From Antedon mediterranea (taxonomy: Eukaryota; Animalia; Echinodermata): a DNA stretch of 64,000 bases. The DNA lies in NCBI RefSeq assembly GCF_964355755.1, contig NC_092670.1, positions 1,230,201-1,294,200 on the forward strand, read 5' to 3'. The notes under the pieces were generated by a model, which saw only the letters and a program-made list of their open reading frames with translations, had not been told where the DNA came from and made no database searches. Made by a program: the position numbers and the translations under genes. Below, piece after piece: positions 31,301 through 42,595 of the stretch; position 1 is the first letter of the stretch; the number at the start of each line of letters is the position of its first letter.

Positions 31301-34300
31301 TCCGCCGGATCATAGATGTCTAAAAAGAGAATAATTAAAATTCCCAAAACATTTCTTACTATTTATTTAATATTAGATTTTTGTTGAATAACACTCTGGA
31401 TACTGAATTACAATAGTCTTTTCATATCGATACAATGGTGACCTTTAAAATTGTAAATGGGTGGCAATTATTTTATGACAGATAAGAAGATGATAAGTAG
31501 TATACAGTGTGCCTAAAATCTAAACTACATTTATTGTATAATTCAATAGGATTCACTTTCACTTTCAGTTTTGTTTTTTTAAATTTATTTATTTACTGAA
31601 TATTGTTGTTATATGAGTGTCAACATATATATAAACACAACAGGCATAGAAATAAATTTCAAACCGCCCGGTGATACACTGAAAATTATTTAATTAATTT
31701 TTGAAACGATAAAGATGAGGAAATCTGTGAGAATGAGAAAAAGTCGCCCCAACCGAAACTCGAACTCGGACCGTCTGCTTGATATGCAGTTGCCCTAACC
31801 ATTAGACCACTGGGGCTTTCATGGTATTGTTCTTTAACTCGATTGGATAACGACCCTTTAACATTCTCGGCGTGGTACGGTTGGAACACAACTAGTCCTC
31901 AGTTGTACGCACGCGCACCAGAGATCAAATTGATACGCCCTCATCTATAATTCAGTATATATTCACTAAGCGGGATCTCGAGAGATACTTTTATATATAT
32001 ATAAACACAACGGGCATAGAAATAAATTTCAAACCGCCCGGTGATATATATATATATTCACCCAATTATTGGTACTGTAATAGATTACACCAGTATCATT
32101 CCATAACACAGCATCACATGTGTTTTACTGTGATATAGTTGCTGTATTACTGAATATTTCTATGATACTGGGTAAATATGTTTGTATGTAGAGATACAGC
32201 ACTGACAATCCGGTAATATATTAAATATTGCAATGTGTAGAGCCCCTTGACTGCCATTCATTCTCCTTAACTTGGAGTGAAATTGGTGAATCCCGACAGG
32301 TGACTTGTCTTACCTTAGATCCTACTTGTTTTTGTTCTTTAAAATACAATGAGTTCTCTACAATATCATAATCTAAACTCTATAAAGAAAGAAAGAACAA
32401 GTTTGAATTATTTTCATATTTGGTTCTCCCTATGTCAACTGTCAACATAGGAATAATTTACTTTATATACTACAATGCCCACCTGGACAGTTTTGTCCTT
32501 ATTGCTAAAGTATTACGGAAACATCCATAACAACGAAAATTTGGTCCAATTACGGACGTACGAAAATTGAGAATACTAATGAAAACTGGCTAAAAATTGT
32601 TGGATGTCCTTATTGCCAATTTAGAGTTTATGGGCTCAGATGAGTATGTGGTAAATTTAAACTTTAACATTTAGCCTGGGGTTCTCCTAGGTAAATCTTT
32701 CTTCAAAATATGTGTACAATGCTGTATCATCAATTGTTATCAAACCAAAATATTTGGAGTTTCCCCCGGGGTAATTCCCAAACAATAAACATCATGTGTT
32801 ATATTACATTCATGTGGATCATTGTGTAACTAACAATGTTGCAATACATTTTTAGTCAAAATTGAAAAAACAGAAAGTGTACCAGATTTCAATTATTAAC
32901 TATTTCCTCATGCTCAGCAGGATGTAAAAGTTTATTTAATTCAGGTTTCTACTGAAAGTTATATACCATACAAAGGAAACAACACACAAAAATATAGTTA
33001 AATATTATTTTGAAAACAATCACTTGTTCTGTGACAAATTTGCGTGATTCTTGCTCATATTTTTGTAATCAGGTGATTTTTTGTAGCAGACATTTCCTCT
33101 TTACATTTCGGTGTCCTTAATTTAAAAAATAATTCAATTTTTTTTTTCAATCAATGTACTGTTTATTTCATAAAAACATAAAACAAAATTGTTGTGTTAC
33201 CATATAAGATCAAACAATAATTATAATGATTTTACTGTGTTTATTGTTAAATGAAGTATGTTACAGTGTAACATGTGGCATATTATAAACATTAGTAATC
33301 ATTTTAAACTAAGTTAGACCTTGAGCAGAGCCATGAGGTAATTTCCCGATTGATCGTAATCAAAACGGTACTGGGTTTGGTCTACTAGCGTTCCTGCTCC
33401 CAACCAGTACATCCATTCATAGAAGCCTTAACGAAGTAAGCCTACCTGGTGGTGGCCATAGAACGGTCCCGAGATAACGACTATACTTCGGCTTTAGTCG
33501 ATAGAAGATTGAATAAATTGTTAGAGATGAGGGAGAGTATACGATGTACAGACAATGGTTTCATCATGAAACTTTAATCCTTATAAATTATTATTGAAAT
33601 AAGTCTTTCCTGAGAAAGAATGTATTAAAACTCTGTCTACACTATCAAACTATATGTGACAAAACAATGTGATGTGCCCATATATGGATAATGATGTCAT
33701 ATCACTACCATATTTGGGAATACCACTACCATATTTGGGCACATCAAACTAGTTTGATAGTGTAGAGAGTGCTTTAAGTAACTCTTCATTTCATCCGTTA
33801 CCTCAAACTTTGACGACAACAACTTCATTGTCCCCATTTGTTGCACTTCTTCAGGTGACTTCTAGAAAATGAAATCAATTTTATCATAATTACCAAAAAT
33901 CTAATTTGGCTAATTTGTGTTCATACTTATAAAAACAAGTTGCTACTGATTGTCACCTAACTAAGTTGGTATAGTAGCAATGGTTGTCACTAAAGACATG
34001 TACTAATAATTGTCATTAAATTAAAGACAAGATGCAATCATGATGGTCTCTGCTACTTATCATTTTTAAATTATACTTTTAAGTTGTATTATTAAATACT
34101 TCATTTAGAAACTTACATAAAGAGACGATTAAGTTGGTCTGTAAAACTAAACAATAATAAATGAGATTTATAAAAAATGAAATCATTCATTTGCTGACCG
34201 CTATAATATGTTATCTGAGTAGTAGTACTTAGCAAGTACTTTTAGTAGACTTAGCTAAAAGTATATAAACTGTATATACTATTATATTTAAAAATCTGAT

Positions 34301-35017
34301 CAAACAAACACACAATTTTTATTGACATGAAGCAAAGGTTAAGCACTGAACCACATGTCGTCAGTTTGTATAAAGCTCAATGACTTGCATAAATAGCCTC
34401 ATTTATGGCCCTATATGGCTTTAGTATAGAAATAAGCATGTGTTATATTTCAGTACAACTACATTATGCAATAACCATTGTATACATTTTTTACATTTTC
34501 AACCTTTGAAATAAGCTGACCAGCTAGTATTTTAATTTTTTTGGGCAATTTTATGCTATTTATTGTGATGTATTACTACAATAGTGTAATTTACATTGTA
34601 GGTTTTACTGATTACCTGCTGGTACCTGCAAAGCGTTATGACAAACTTTATTAATTTTGCAAGATACAAGCTCGTATCAAAATGATTGTATTAAGTTTTG
34701 AATGTTTGGTAACTTACTGGTGACCTATCCCAGGTCGTACGTCTCATCCTGACGTCATTTGCCGCCACATCTTCGTCATGTTCCACCTGCAGTGAGTTGC
34801 CATACTGGTGGTGGTATCAAAATTAAAATATCATATATTAGCATTTTTTTCCATTTTGATTTATATTCTGTATTGACTTTCTGTTTTGGGAAAGTTGAGG
34901 GATGTATCTTGTGAAATGAGGTAAAAAAATACTTACACCAACATCACTTTGTGATAAAGAGCCGTTATATGTTGTTCTGCCACTTTCAAGCAGATGTGTC
35001 TTCTCATTTAATGCCAT
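22337..35017 (-). CDS. CLCN7: Lysosomal H+/Cl- exchanger ClC-7
   Basis: 20 coding exons: 34937-35017, 34718-34786, 33802-33861, 32314-32379, 31181-31319, 30767-30876, 30181-30324, 29509-29751, 29320-29430, 28828-28943, 28209-28347, 27643-27736, 26149-26318, 25899-25950, 25296-25509, 23519-23642, 23334-23405, 23017-23193, 22802-22882, 22337-22426. Motifs [63 protein letters not shown] domains (HNGFPVV; [10 protein letters not shown]), N-terminal dileucine EKTHLL. Confidence 0.96.
23732..25024. repeat. 46-bp minisatellite, ~28 near-identical copies, CLCN7 intron
   Basis: Unit CCTCTCAGTTGTACTACAGCAGTACCAGCTGACTTGGGTAAGAGGC, head-to-tail with no spacers. Confidence 0.97.
25646..25847. mobile_element. 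Harbinger-type MITE family A copy with internal 21-bp tandem expansion
   Basis: TTA|AGCTCTGTCTACACTATCAAAC ... TTTGATAGTGT (right TIR truncated); ATTTAGGCACATCACTACCAT about x4 inside. Confidence 0.75.
26787..27456. repeat. 134-bp tandem array (5 units) derived from MITE family A
   Basis: Units start at 26787, 26921, 27055, 27189, 27323, each beginning with the left TIR AGCTCTGTCTACACTATCA. Confidence 0.9.
27457..27613. mobile_element. MITE family A copy with both TIRs
   Basis: AGCTCTGTCTACACTATCAAA ... TTTGATAGTGTAGACAAGGCT, flanked by TAA/TTA. Confidence 0.8.
28014..28143. mobile_element. MITE family A copy (degenerate)
   Basis: AGATCTGTCTACACTATCAA ... TTTGATAGTGTA; shared internal TGATGTGCCC/GGGCACATCA. 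Confidence 0.7.
28615..28757. mobile_element. MITE family A copy (left TIR truncated)
   Basis: CTACACTATCAAACTAG ... GATAGTGTAGACAGAGCT. Confidence 0.7.
28967..29104. repeat. 21-22-bp tandem repeat (GGATTAGAGCAAAGAAAAAGGA)
   Basis: About 6 copies next to a CLCN7 splice acceptor. Confidence 0.8.
30877..31180 (-). other. U12-type (minor spliceosome) GT-AG intron in CLCN7
   Basis: 5' splice site GTATCCTTT; branch point GTTCTTAAC about 12 nt from the AG; no polypyrimidine tract; splicing restores the frame (VSK-Y-IDHD). Confidence 0.9.
31625..32057 (-). mobile_element. 370-bp element bounded by 52-bp direct repeats and (TA)n, containing a tRNA-like gene
   Basis: Direct repeats 31625-31676 and 31995-32046 (one mismatch); (TA)n at both outer ends and at the internal junction. 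Confidence 0.7.
31745..31816 (-). tRNA. tRNA-like cloverleaf (tRNA-Arg-like 5' half, apparent anticodon ATC); probably element-derived rather than a functional tRNA
   Basis: GCCCCAG TG GTCT AATGGTTA GGGC A ACTGC ATATCAA GCAGA CGGT CCGAG TTCGAGT TTCGG TTGGGGC G: all four stems form, A and B boxes present, TTTTT terminator 2 nt downstream. A32 and the A27-A43 mismatch are non-canonical. Confidence 0.55.
33629..33773. mobile_element. MITE family A copy
   Basis: CTCTGTCTACACTATCAAAC ... GTTTGATAGTGTAGAGAG. Confidence 0.7.
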
Positions 35018-35189
35018 TCTATGTACAATAAATCCAGAATTACAATGAATTAAATAGTTATATTTGATTATAGTATTACTGTACTTGTAATATTTCCCAA
35101 CCAATTTATTTCTCACTGTACATCACGTCATTAAAGCTTCGCTTCTGTTGTTGGTATTATTACACAATAAAAACATATAGGCCTAGGCC

Positions 35190-35818
35190 TATATGTGGCA
35201 CATGCAAGCGAAATCGGACATAAGTCGCATTTGTAGATACAGCCAAAAACATTAAAAGGCTGAAAAATTACATTTTTTTATTTTTACAGAAAATGATAGA
35301 TAGCTGAAACGATATTTATTTACATTACCTTGGTGTTTTTCTATTTTGAGACAAATAAATAAATACATTTTAACATTTTGTTTAGTATGTTGGTTAAAAA
35401 GATGGTGTAAATTATGTATGATTTTCATAAAACCTACCATGTTTTATGCTTAAATTGAAAGTGTTCCATTGGGTTGATTTTAATGAAATTTTGCATAATA
35501 ATAGAACAATAGTTAATTAAGGAAGGTGCGAAGTTTCATTGAAATAAAACAATTAGAATACCCGTTTGCTAAGGCGTAAACTTAGACGCCCTGTTTATTT
35601 TGTTGTTGTTTTCATTTCCTTTAAAAGCATTTTTCTCAAAACACTGATTGTAACAACCAAAACATTAGACTGAGATATCTCTGGAAGTAGACATGGTATC
35701 AAGATATTTTTTCAGCATTTTAAATCTTGGATTATGTATTTTCAGTATTTATTATGGAAATCTCAATTTTGAAAATTCCGACTTATATGTCTGGTTTCCC
35801 TTGCAGATGCCACATATA
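35190..35818. mobile_element. ~630-bp non-autonomous DNA transposon with ~36-bp imperfect TIRs
   Basis: TATATGTGGCACATGCAAGCGAAATCGGACATAAGTCG ... CGACTTATATGTCTGGTTTCCCTTGCAGATGCCACATATA; superfamily not assigned. Confidence 0.65.
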
Positions 35819-38011
35819 CTTACTAGGTGTACAGTAAAGTTTTTTAAGTACAGTAATATTATTTTATAGAAATTTATAGAATATTGTACTACTACTAGGC
35901 GGCTAGGCCTCTTAAATTAAGTAAAAAACTAAAAATAAAATATTGACTAATATTAATCAAATTAATAAATTAAATTAATAATATTTTATTTACACACCTC
36001 AATTTCAAACTTTGTCTTCGCTTTCCTGTCTGTTGTTGTACGTAATATAGAGGCCTCCTCCTTCCTATACTTTTTAGTTTACTAGGCCTGGCCCTAGGCC
36101 TACTTCAGGTTAGTATTCACTGTTGTACGGCAGGAATGTCCTGCTTGTCACGTCTAGTCTGCCGCCGATATGATCGTGGGTACGGTGGGGGGAAAGTGCA
36201 CCAAAAAAGTTCAGTTCAAGCGGCGTCTACCTTTTTATAGCTAGGCTAGCCTCTCCCCGAAAAAAGATAAAACTTTAACTATATTATTAGGTCTTCAACG
36301 TATATACAAAGTAGGCCAGGCTACACCTTAAATAAGCTTTTTCATGATGATTAGGATAAATTAAGTACAAAGCGTGTGTAGAGTGGTGTTGGATCCGTTG
36401 TGTTTATACGAGGCCTAGCTGTTCGTCACGCTCTCTTGAGCAAGACTGACAACATTGCATCATTAAAATTCTGTAGAAACGTAAGTGATTGGACAATAGT
36501 TCCTATTAAATCGTTGATTGGATAATTTTCTAACAAGATGGTTAGAAAATGTCACGAGGGTTTATAACATGGAACGTCGAAAGTGCCAAAAGTAGATGGG
36601 AAATGCATAAGGAAGTAAAAATCCACAAACATGATTTGACCAAACGCGATGCTTCAATTCAATTAAATTTATTCTGGATTTTAAATGAACAATACAAACA
36701 TTAAAACAAACATACAATACACTGATACAAAATCTAAAATAATCAATTCAGAAGGATTGTGGAGGACAATTAACATATATTCTAGGCCCTATACGATGTT
36801 TGTTTTCTGAATAGAAATATGATCATCGACATTCTATTGTCAAAACTATTATATCTCTAGTGGACTGTACATTTTACAGTTTTTAATTAAAAGAATTTAA
36901 GCCAAATAGTTCTTTTTTTTAAATTAAAAAATATGAGACTTTTGACAATTTTTCAAAAACTAATTGGAAGTACAAAGGCCATTTATTTCTGTTTGTGAGA
37001 CTAGGCCTCTATCTACACGGTTACTACCTGTACTTAACTAAATAACATGAAACATGTATTTTGATCATTGAAGTCTTATTAAAGAAATAATTTGATACAA
37101 ACAAAAACAATTTCTAAGTTCAAAGCGGTAAACGCTGGTAATGATCTTTCGGTATGTATTTTATACTCTTAGTGAGTGTCGACTTTGACGTTTCATATGT
37201 GTATGTATTGGAAAATTCAAGATGGTAGCCACCATACCGCGCTCGCTGTAATTTCGTAAAAACATGGTGTGTATAAATACTTATTTTAATTATGTTTAAC
37301 CCTATTAATAAAACCATATGTATCACATCATACGCTATTACAACTTGGCTAGTAAGAAAGCGTAATTCTTTTTTAGGCTGCTATCAACTAGCTAGGCCTA
37401 ACTATCTGCTGACTGACACTGCAATCGTACGTCAGCGGGCGGCCCCCTTCTGTGTCGTCGGCCACCTACCTACTAGGCACGATAAGCAGGCCTAGGCTAT
37501 TTCAAGTCTATTTTATATATTTTAAACATTTTTACATGTTTACTGTAATACTATGTGGCAAGAATTAGTGTTTACTAATACTTATTACTTGGTTTCCTGT
37601 ATGTAACTTTCCTTTTTGTTTCTATTATAGTTTAACACATACGTACATAGGGCCTAGCCTAGGCCTACATATAAATTAATATTAACAAATAAACAAACAC
37701 ATATAAATAGGCCTATAAATGTATTCTATATAATACAAAGGACCATCATAAAAAAAAATGTTGTTGTATTATACTACTACAGTAGTACTAGGGATATGTA
37801 CTATGCTATATGGAACTATAGGCCTATGAGTATTCATTGGGCCTATCTATGAGCAGAACAATTTTATTTACCAAAACCAGTCCATATATGATAAAAAAAA
37901 GTTAAGGCAAGGATTTATATAAAGATGTATATTAGGTTGCTCATTTTTATTTACTTTATCATTATTGATGTAGATCTAAGCAACGGGGTCTTTACACATG
38001 TTTGGATAAGA

Positions 38012-39783
38012 ATGTTTGTCCTAGCGGAAATGATGGACACTGTCCGCATTCAGCCGTGGATGTTTAACAACAAACTGGACACTGCCGTTGTTGATGTACT
38101 TAATCGCAAGTTAGCCAATAAGGTAAAACAGATTCAGTGTATTTATACGCACAACAACCAAGTACGTTTACCATTCATTATTGGTCATTCCATCTCAGTT
38201 CACCCAAAAAAATGCTTTTTTTTTAAACCTTACGTCCTTCAATTTTGATGAAATTTGGTATATGGATAATTTTTTACTTTAATCACCATAAATCACCCAT
38301 ACACAAAATTTCACCAAAATTGAAGGAGGTAGGATTTAAAAATGCATTTTTTTGGGTGACCTGGGATGGGTTAACCCCATTCTTTGCCAAAGGAGGCAAT
38401 GACTTTTAAGATTTCTTTATTGACATGTAATATAAGAAAAGAAGATACATTTGTTGTTGTTATGTTGTTGTTTACATTTAAATGTTGTTGTTTACATTAT
38501 GTTGTGTCTATCTGCTATATGTTGTTATTTACATTTGATTGTTGTGTCTATCTGCTATATGTTGTTATTTACATTATGTTGTGTCTATCTGCTATATGTT
38601 GTTATTTACATTTGATTGTTGTGTCTATCTGCTATATGTTGTTGTTTACATTTGATTGTTGTGTCTATCTGTTATATGTTGTTATTTACATTTGAATGTT
38701 GTGTCTATCTGCTATATGTTGTTATTTACATTTGAATGTTGTGTCTATTGCTGCAGGTTGTTCATGATGTCGGTCTGTGCATTGCACTACATGATGTATC
38801 AAAGTTAGAGGAATCCTTCATCTTTCCTGGTGATGGAGCATCGCACACCAAAGTGCAATTCCGATACGTCGTCTTTCGTCCATTCATGGATGAAATATTG
38901 ATTGGAAAGATTAAAAGTTGTAGCAATGAAGGCGTTCACAGTATGTTTACATTTGATTTAAATTGACCTTAAACTTGACCTTAAATTTGATCCTGAACTG
39001 AAGTGCTACATGATGTACTTTAATTGTACATTTTGACTTTGTTTACTGTTTATAATTTTAAACAATCTTTTCAATTGCTTTTCAGTATCTTTAGGATTTT
39101 TTGATGATATTCTTATCGCACCAGATGCTCTTCAGCAACCATCTAAATTGTATCCTTTTAAAGTAACATCACAGTCAGGAATACAATCCTAACCATTTAA
39201 AGAAAGTACAAAAGTAAAGCTCTGTCCACACTATCAAACTTTATGGGACAAAAAAAAATGTGATGTTCACATTCTTTTTGTCACATAAAGTTTGATAGTG
39301 TGGACAGAGCTTAAGAGCATAATAAGGGCCTGTAATTTACTAGCTTGAATTTTTTTCTTTGACGTTACCATAGCGATGAAGCTGAGCAAGTTTGGGTGTG
39401 GGAATATGAAACTGACGAAGGAACACATGACTTGTTCATGGATGCCGGTGAAGAGATTCGTTTCCGAGTCATTAATGAAACATTTGTTGACACAACACCA
39501 GTCGGACCGGAGAACGGACACGATCATAGCGTAGATGATCAGGAGTCAGAAGCAAAGAAATCGCCCTATTCACTGACTGTGAGTTATTTTGAATGGTTGA
39601 CTCACTGTCTATCTTTTGTGGGAGAAATTGGATAAGGTTTAGTATGTGGGCTTACACCAGAGGTATATAGAGGAATATATAAAGTATAGACAAATATGAA
39701 AGAAAACAAATATTTTATTTTCTTCTTAACAGGGATCGATTTCTGAGCCAGGACTTGGACTATTAACATGGTGGAATGCTTGA
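38012..39783 (+). CDS. POLR3H: RNA polymerase III subunit RPC8/RPC25
   Basis: Exons 38012-38122, 38757-38940, 39086-39149, 39374-39578, 39733-39783. [16 protein letters not shown]...[18 protein letters not shown]...[21 protein letters not shown]...SLGFFDDI...[12 protein letters not shown]...[14 protein letters not shown]. Confidence 0.96.
38190..38369. mobile_element. Palindromic (foldback) MITE-like element in POLR3H intron
   Basis: CCATCTCAGTTCACCCAAAAAAATGC...CCTTCAATTTTGATGAAATTT versus AAATTTCACCAAAATTGAAGG...GCATTTTTTTGGGTGACCTGGGATGG. Confidence 0.65.
38450..38748. repeat. ~39-bp tandem repeat running up to the POLR3H exon 2 acceptor
   Basis: GTTGTGTCTATCTGCTATATGTTGTTATTTACATTTGA, about 7 copies. 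Confidence 0.85.
39150..39373 (+). other. U12-type GT-AG intron in POLR3H
   Basis: 5' splice site GTATCCTTTT; branch point TTCTTTGAC about 10 nt before the AG; splicing gives PSK-F-DEAEQ. Confidence 0.88.
39218..39311. mobile_element. Minimal MITE family A copy (94-bp hairpin) with TAA TSD
   Basis: TAA|AGCTCTGTCCACACTATCAAACTTTATG ... CATAAAGTTTGATAGTGTGGACAGAGCT|TAA. Confidence 0.85.
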
Positions 39784-42595
39784 AGAAACAATAGACACGC
39801 AGCAAACTCAGAAAAGCTATACAAAAATAAGGGGAAACTAGAACCTTTCTAAAATGTGAAATTACAACCAACAACACTTAATATTGAGCGTTTGTAATTT
39901 AAATCGCATCCTTTAAAATCTCTCATTTTATGATGTGTACATATTTTGCATTGAAATAAAATCATATTAAAAATAAAAGTGTAACATATCTTGAATAGAA
40001 TTAATATTGAAGTTGGGATGTCCTATAAAAAGTGTTTTAGTGGACCAGACGATTTGAGAAGTACAATAGCACAAAAATAAAAAAAAAAAACTAGATAAAT
40101 ACTTCTTGGCAATAGCCTTTAATAACGTAAGCCTTAATTTGTACGATTTAAAATTATTATGTACAAACAATGTCTGATATCGCACTATTCCGCTGTCACC
40201 AGGAAAATCAACATAATGCAGACAGTGCCAAAAGGAAACGGCTATAAAGTCTAGTAAACGGACACATTGTTACAACAATAGGTTAAAGAAGTGTAAAGTT
40301 ATATTACACCAGATACAGTGAAAGTAATTATAATTCTTTGATTACGTAAATCGAAGAAATAGTATTTCTGATTTTAGTGTACTACGTATGTTACGACTTT
40401 TAATAGTTAATCACAGAACGTCATGGATTACGTTTGAATGACGTGATGGTACACAAGTATCATTTTCATCAGCGTCAATGCAGTTTGTGCATTTCTCCCG
40501 AGGTGTTCATCAATGTGCGCATGCTTTCTTGTATTTACGAAATTGCGACGTTTGGATAGTTTTTTGCTTAACATTTACAAAATCACAGTATGCCCTATTT
40601 AATGCGAAAGAAAGACATTTATTTTTATTTAGTGTTAGGATTTATCTATACAAACAATGCAAAGTGCAGATTAATAATAACACACGTTACGATACATTAA
40701 TTTGCATATTACGAACTTGAACAGTGCTCATCGATAGGGGGCAGTATTTATAGGCTTTCATGTCGAAAACAACATTAAATTGGAATTTACAATAACGTAA
40801 CGTGATTTCATCGCGAATAATATGCATAAAACACTATCATCGCCGTACCTAGGCCTACCGCGGGATACAGTGCAGTATGTTCGAACAAACTTTACTAATC
40901 GATTTAGCTGGTCTTCGTATGTTATCACGCTAGAGACTGAGGTGCTAAAACCTACTTGGTCAGATAATCAGCATTTATAATAAACTCTATTTTCTCAATA
41001 TTTACATATTTTCAATATTGCGTAAATTGCTATTCAAAATAAATAGATATACAAATTGTTATTGCTTATGATGTGAAGCTAAATAAATGACGTCATACAA
41101 TAGGTTCACATCGTCATCGGCGTGTAAAAAAAGGCGTATTATGTGTGCGTAAACAACACGACACTGATGTCACTTCCGCAATGTTTGGTGTACAATAAAA
41201 TGTTGTAAAGAGCACAGAGAAACTTGTGTGGAAGTTGAGAGATGTCTAAACGTACCCACCTTCTTAAACAACCATTTTATTGGGTTTAAGCACTTTTAGA
41301 ACAAGTTACAGTACATTTCATATTTAAATTTATATGAATTCAATCAAATCTCAAATAAAACATTTAAAAAAACATAAGCAGATTCAATTTATCATTAATA
41401 TTCTACAAATAATTATGATTATCCCATGACGTCATCATTCTTAAAGAAGACTTATAACAAAAATATAATTAATGAAAGACTGAAGAAAACGTTTTTGGGA
41501 AACTATTACAGGTTTTTCACTTTTGCAAAACATAAATTATATTTTTAAAAAAAAGGTAAATATATATTTTTTCCAACACTTATACATTCACGCATTTTAT
41601 ATAAAATTACAGAACTTGCTCCATACTGGAGGCAGTGCACAGTGATTACAATCTAGCTTACTTTATCGTGGTCACATTTTCACTATCTGGTAACCGATAT
41701 GAATAGTACATGTCTTTTGTATGTTTATTTAGAAATGGCACATTAAATGAAAAGCAGTGTGGATATTATAAAAAAACACGTAGGCCTACTAGCTATCTAA
41801 ACGACTGTGACAATTTTTTTTAAAAGGAAAACCATCTTAAGATCTAACACAATTAATTGATTTGGTGTCAACTTTCATCAATAACTGATTTTTTAATCCG
41901 AATTCCCCGAGTTGTGATTTTTCACAGATCTTTGCTTAGATAGTGCAACAACAACAATCACCCATTTGTACATTTTTTAACCTTTCGTACTACAGTACAA
42001 TATTTATGAATCATTTACATTATCGATCTTCATAATCAATAATGCTCTGTATGCTCTATGCTAAAAGTTTATCTAATAAAATTGACATCTTAAATATTTT
42101 TCTTTGTGTCATACCGAATATTCTTCATTTTTACAAGAAAAAATATAAAAATTTAATACACTTAGCACTTATGGTACATAACTTTAGGTCACCATCTACA
42201 TATAACTGACATTGCACGAAAGCATAGAATACAGAATGAGAAGTCAGCAGCATATGACGACACAGTACTAGGCCTACTACGCAGGCGATAAATCGCGTCG
42301 TTGGCGCCAGGCACGCCTTCTGTATGTCGTCTGCTAATTGTGGAAGCGCATGCTATCTGCTAGGTTGTTATAACAACCATATATAATATGCTAATCCACA
42401 AAATGTGGCAATCTATAATCAGCGTACGAAATACTGCGCATGCTCATCATTGTCATTTGCATATAAGCATCGATTTTAGAGCGCGTTGGCAACACGCGTG
42501 TATATACATCGTGCATCTGGTCATGTTTCAAAGATCTTCCTGTAACGCAATAGGATCTTTGCGTGTATTCTATTCTGAAACTGTCTATTTCTTCT

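Noticed and set aside
31745-31816. Functional tRNA-Asp(ATC) gene
   Set aside because: Eukaryotic Asp tRNAs normally use GTC; the body is Arg-like, position 32 is A, the anticodon stem has a mismatch, and it sits inside a repeat-bounded element.
35998-36080. Possible additional N-terminal coding exon of CLCN7
   Set aside because: In-frame stop upstream with no ATG, and phase incompatible with the ATG exon at 35018; more likely 5' UTR.
38384-38695. 103-aa Cys/hydrophobic ORF
   Set aside because: Translation of the 39-bp intronic tandem repeat.
40730-40746. CTCF-like motifs (also ~9165 and ~51023)
   Set aside because: Only partial matches, expected by chance without ChIP or PWM scoring.
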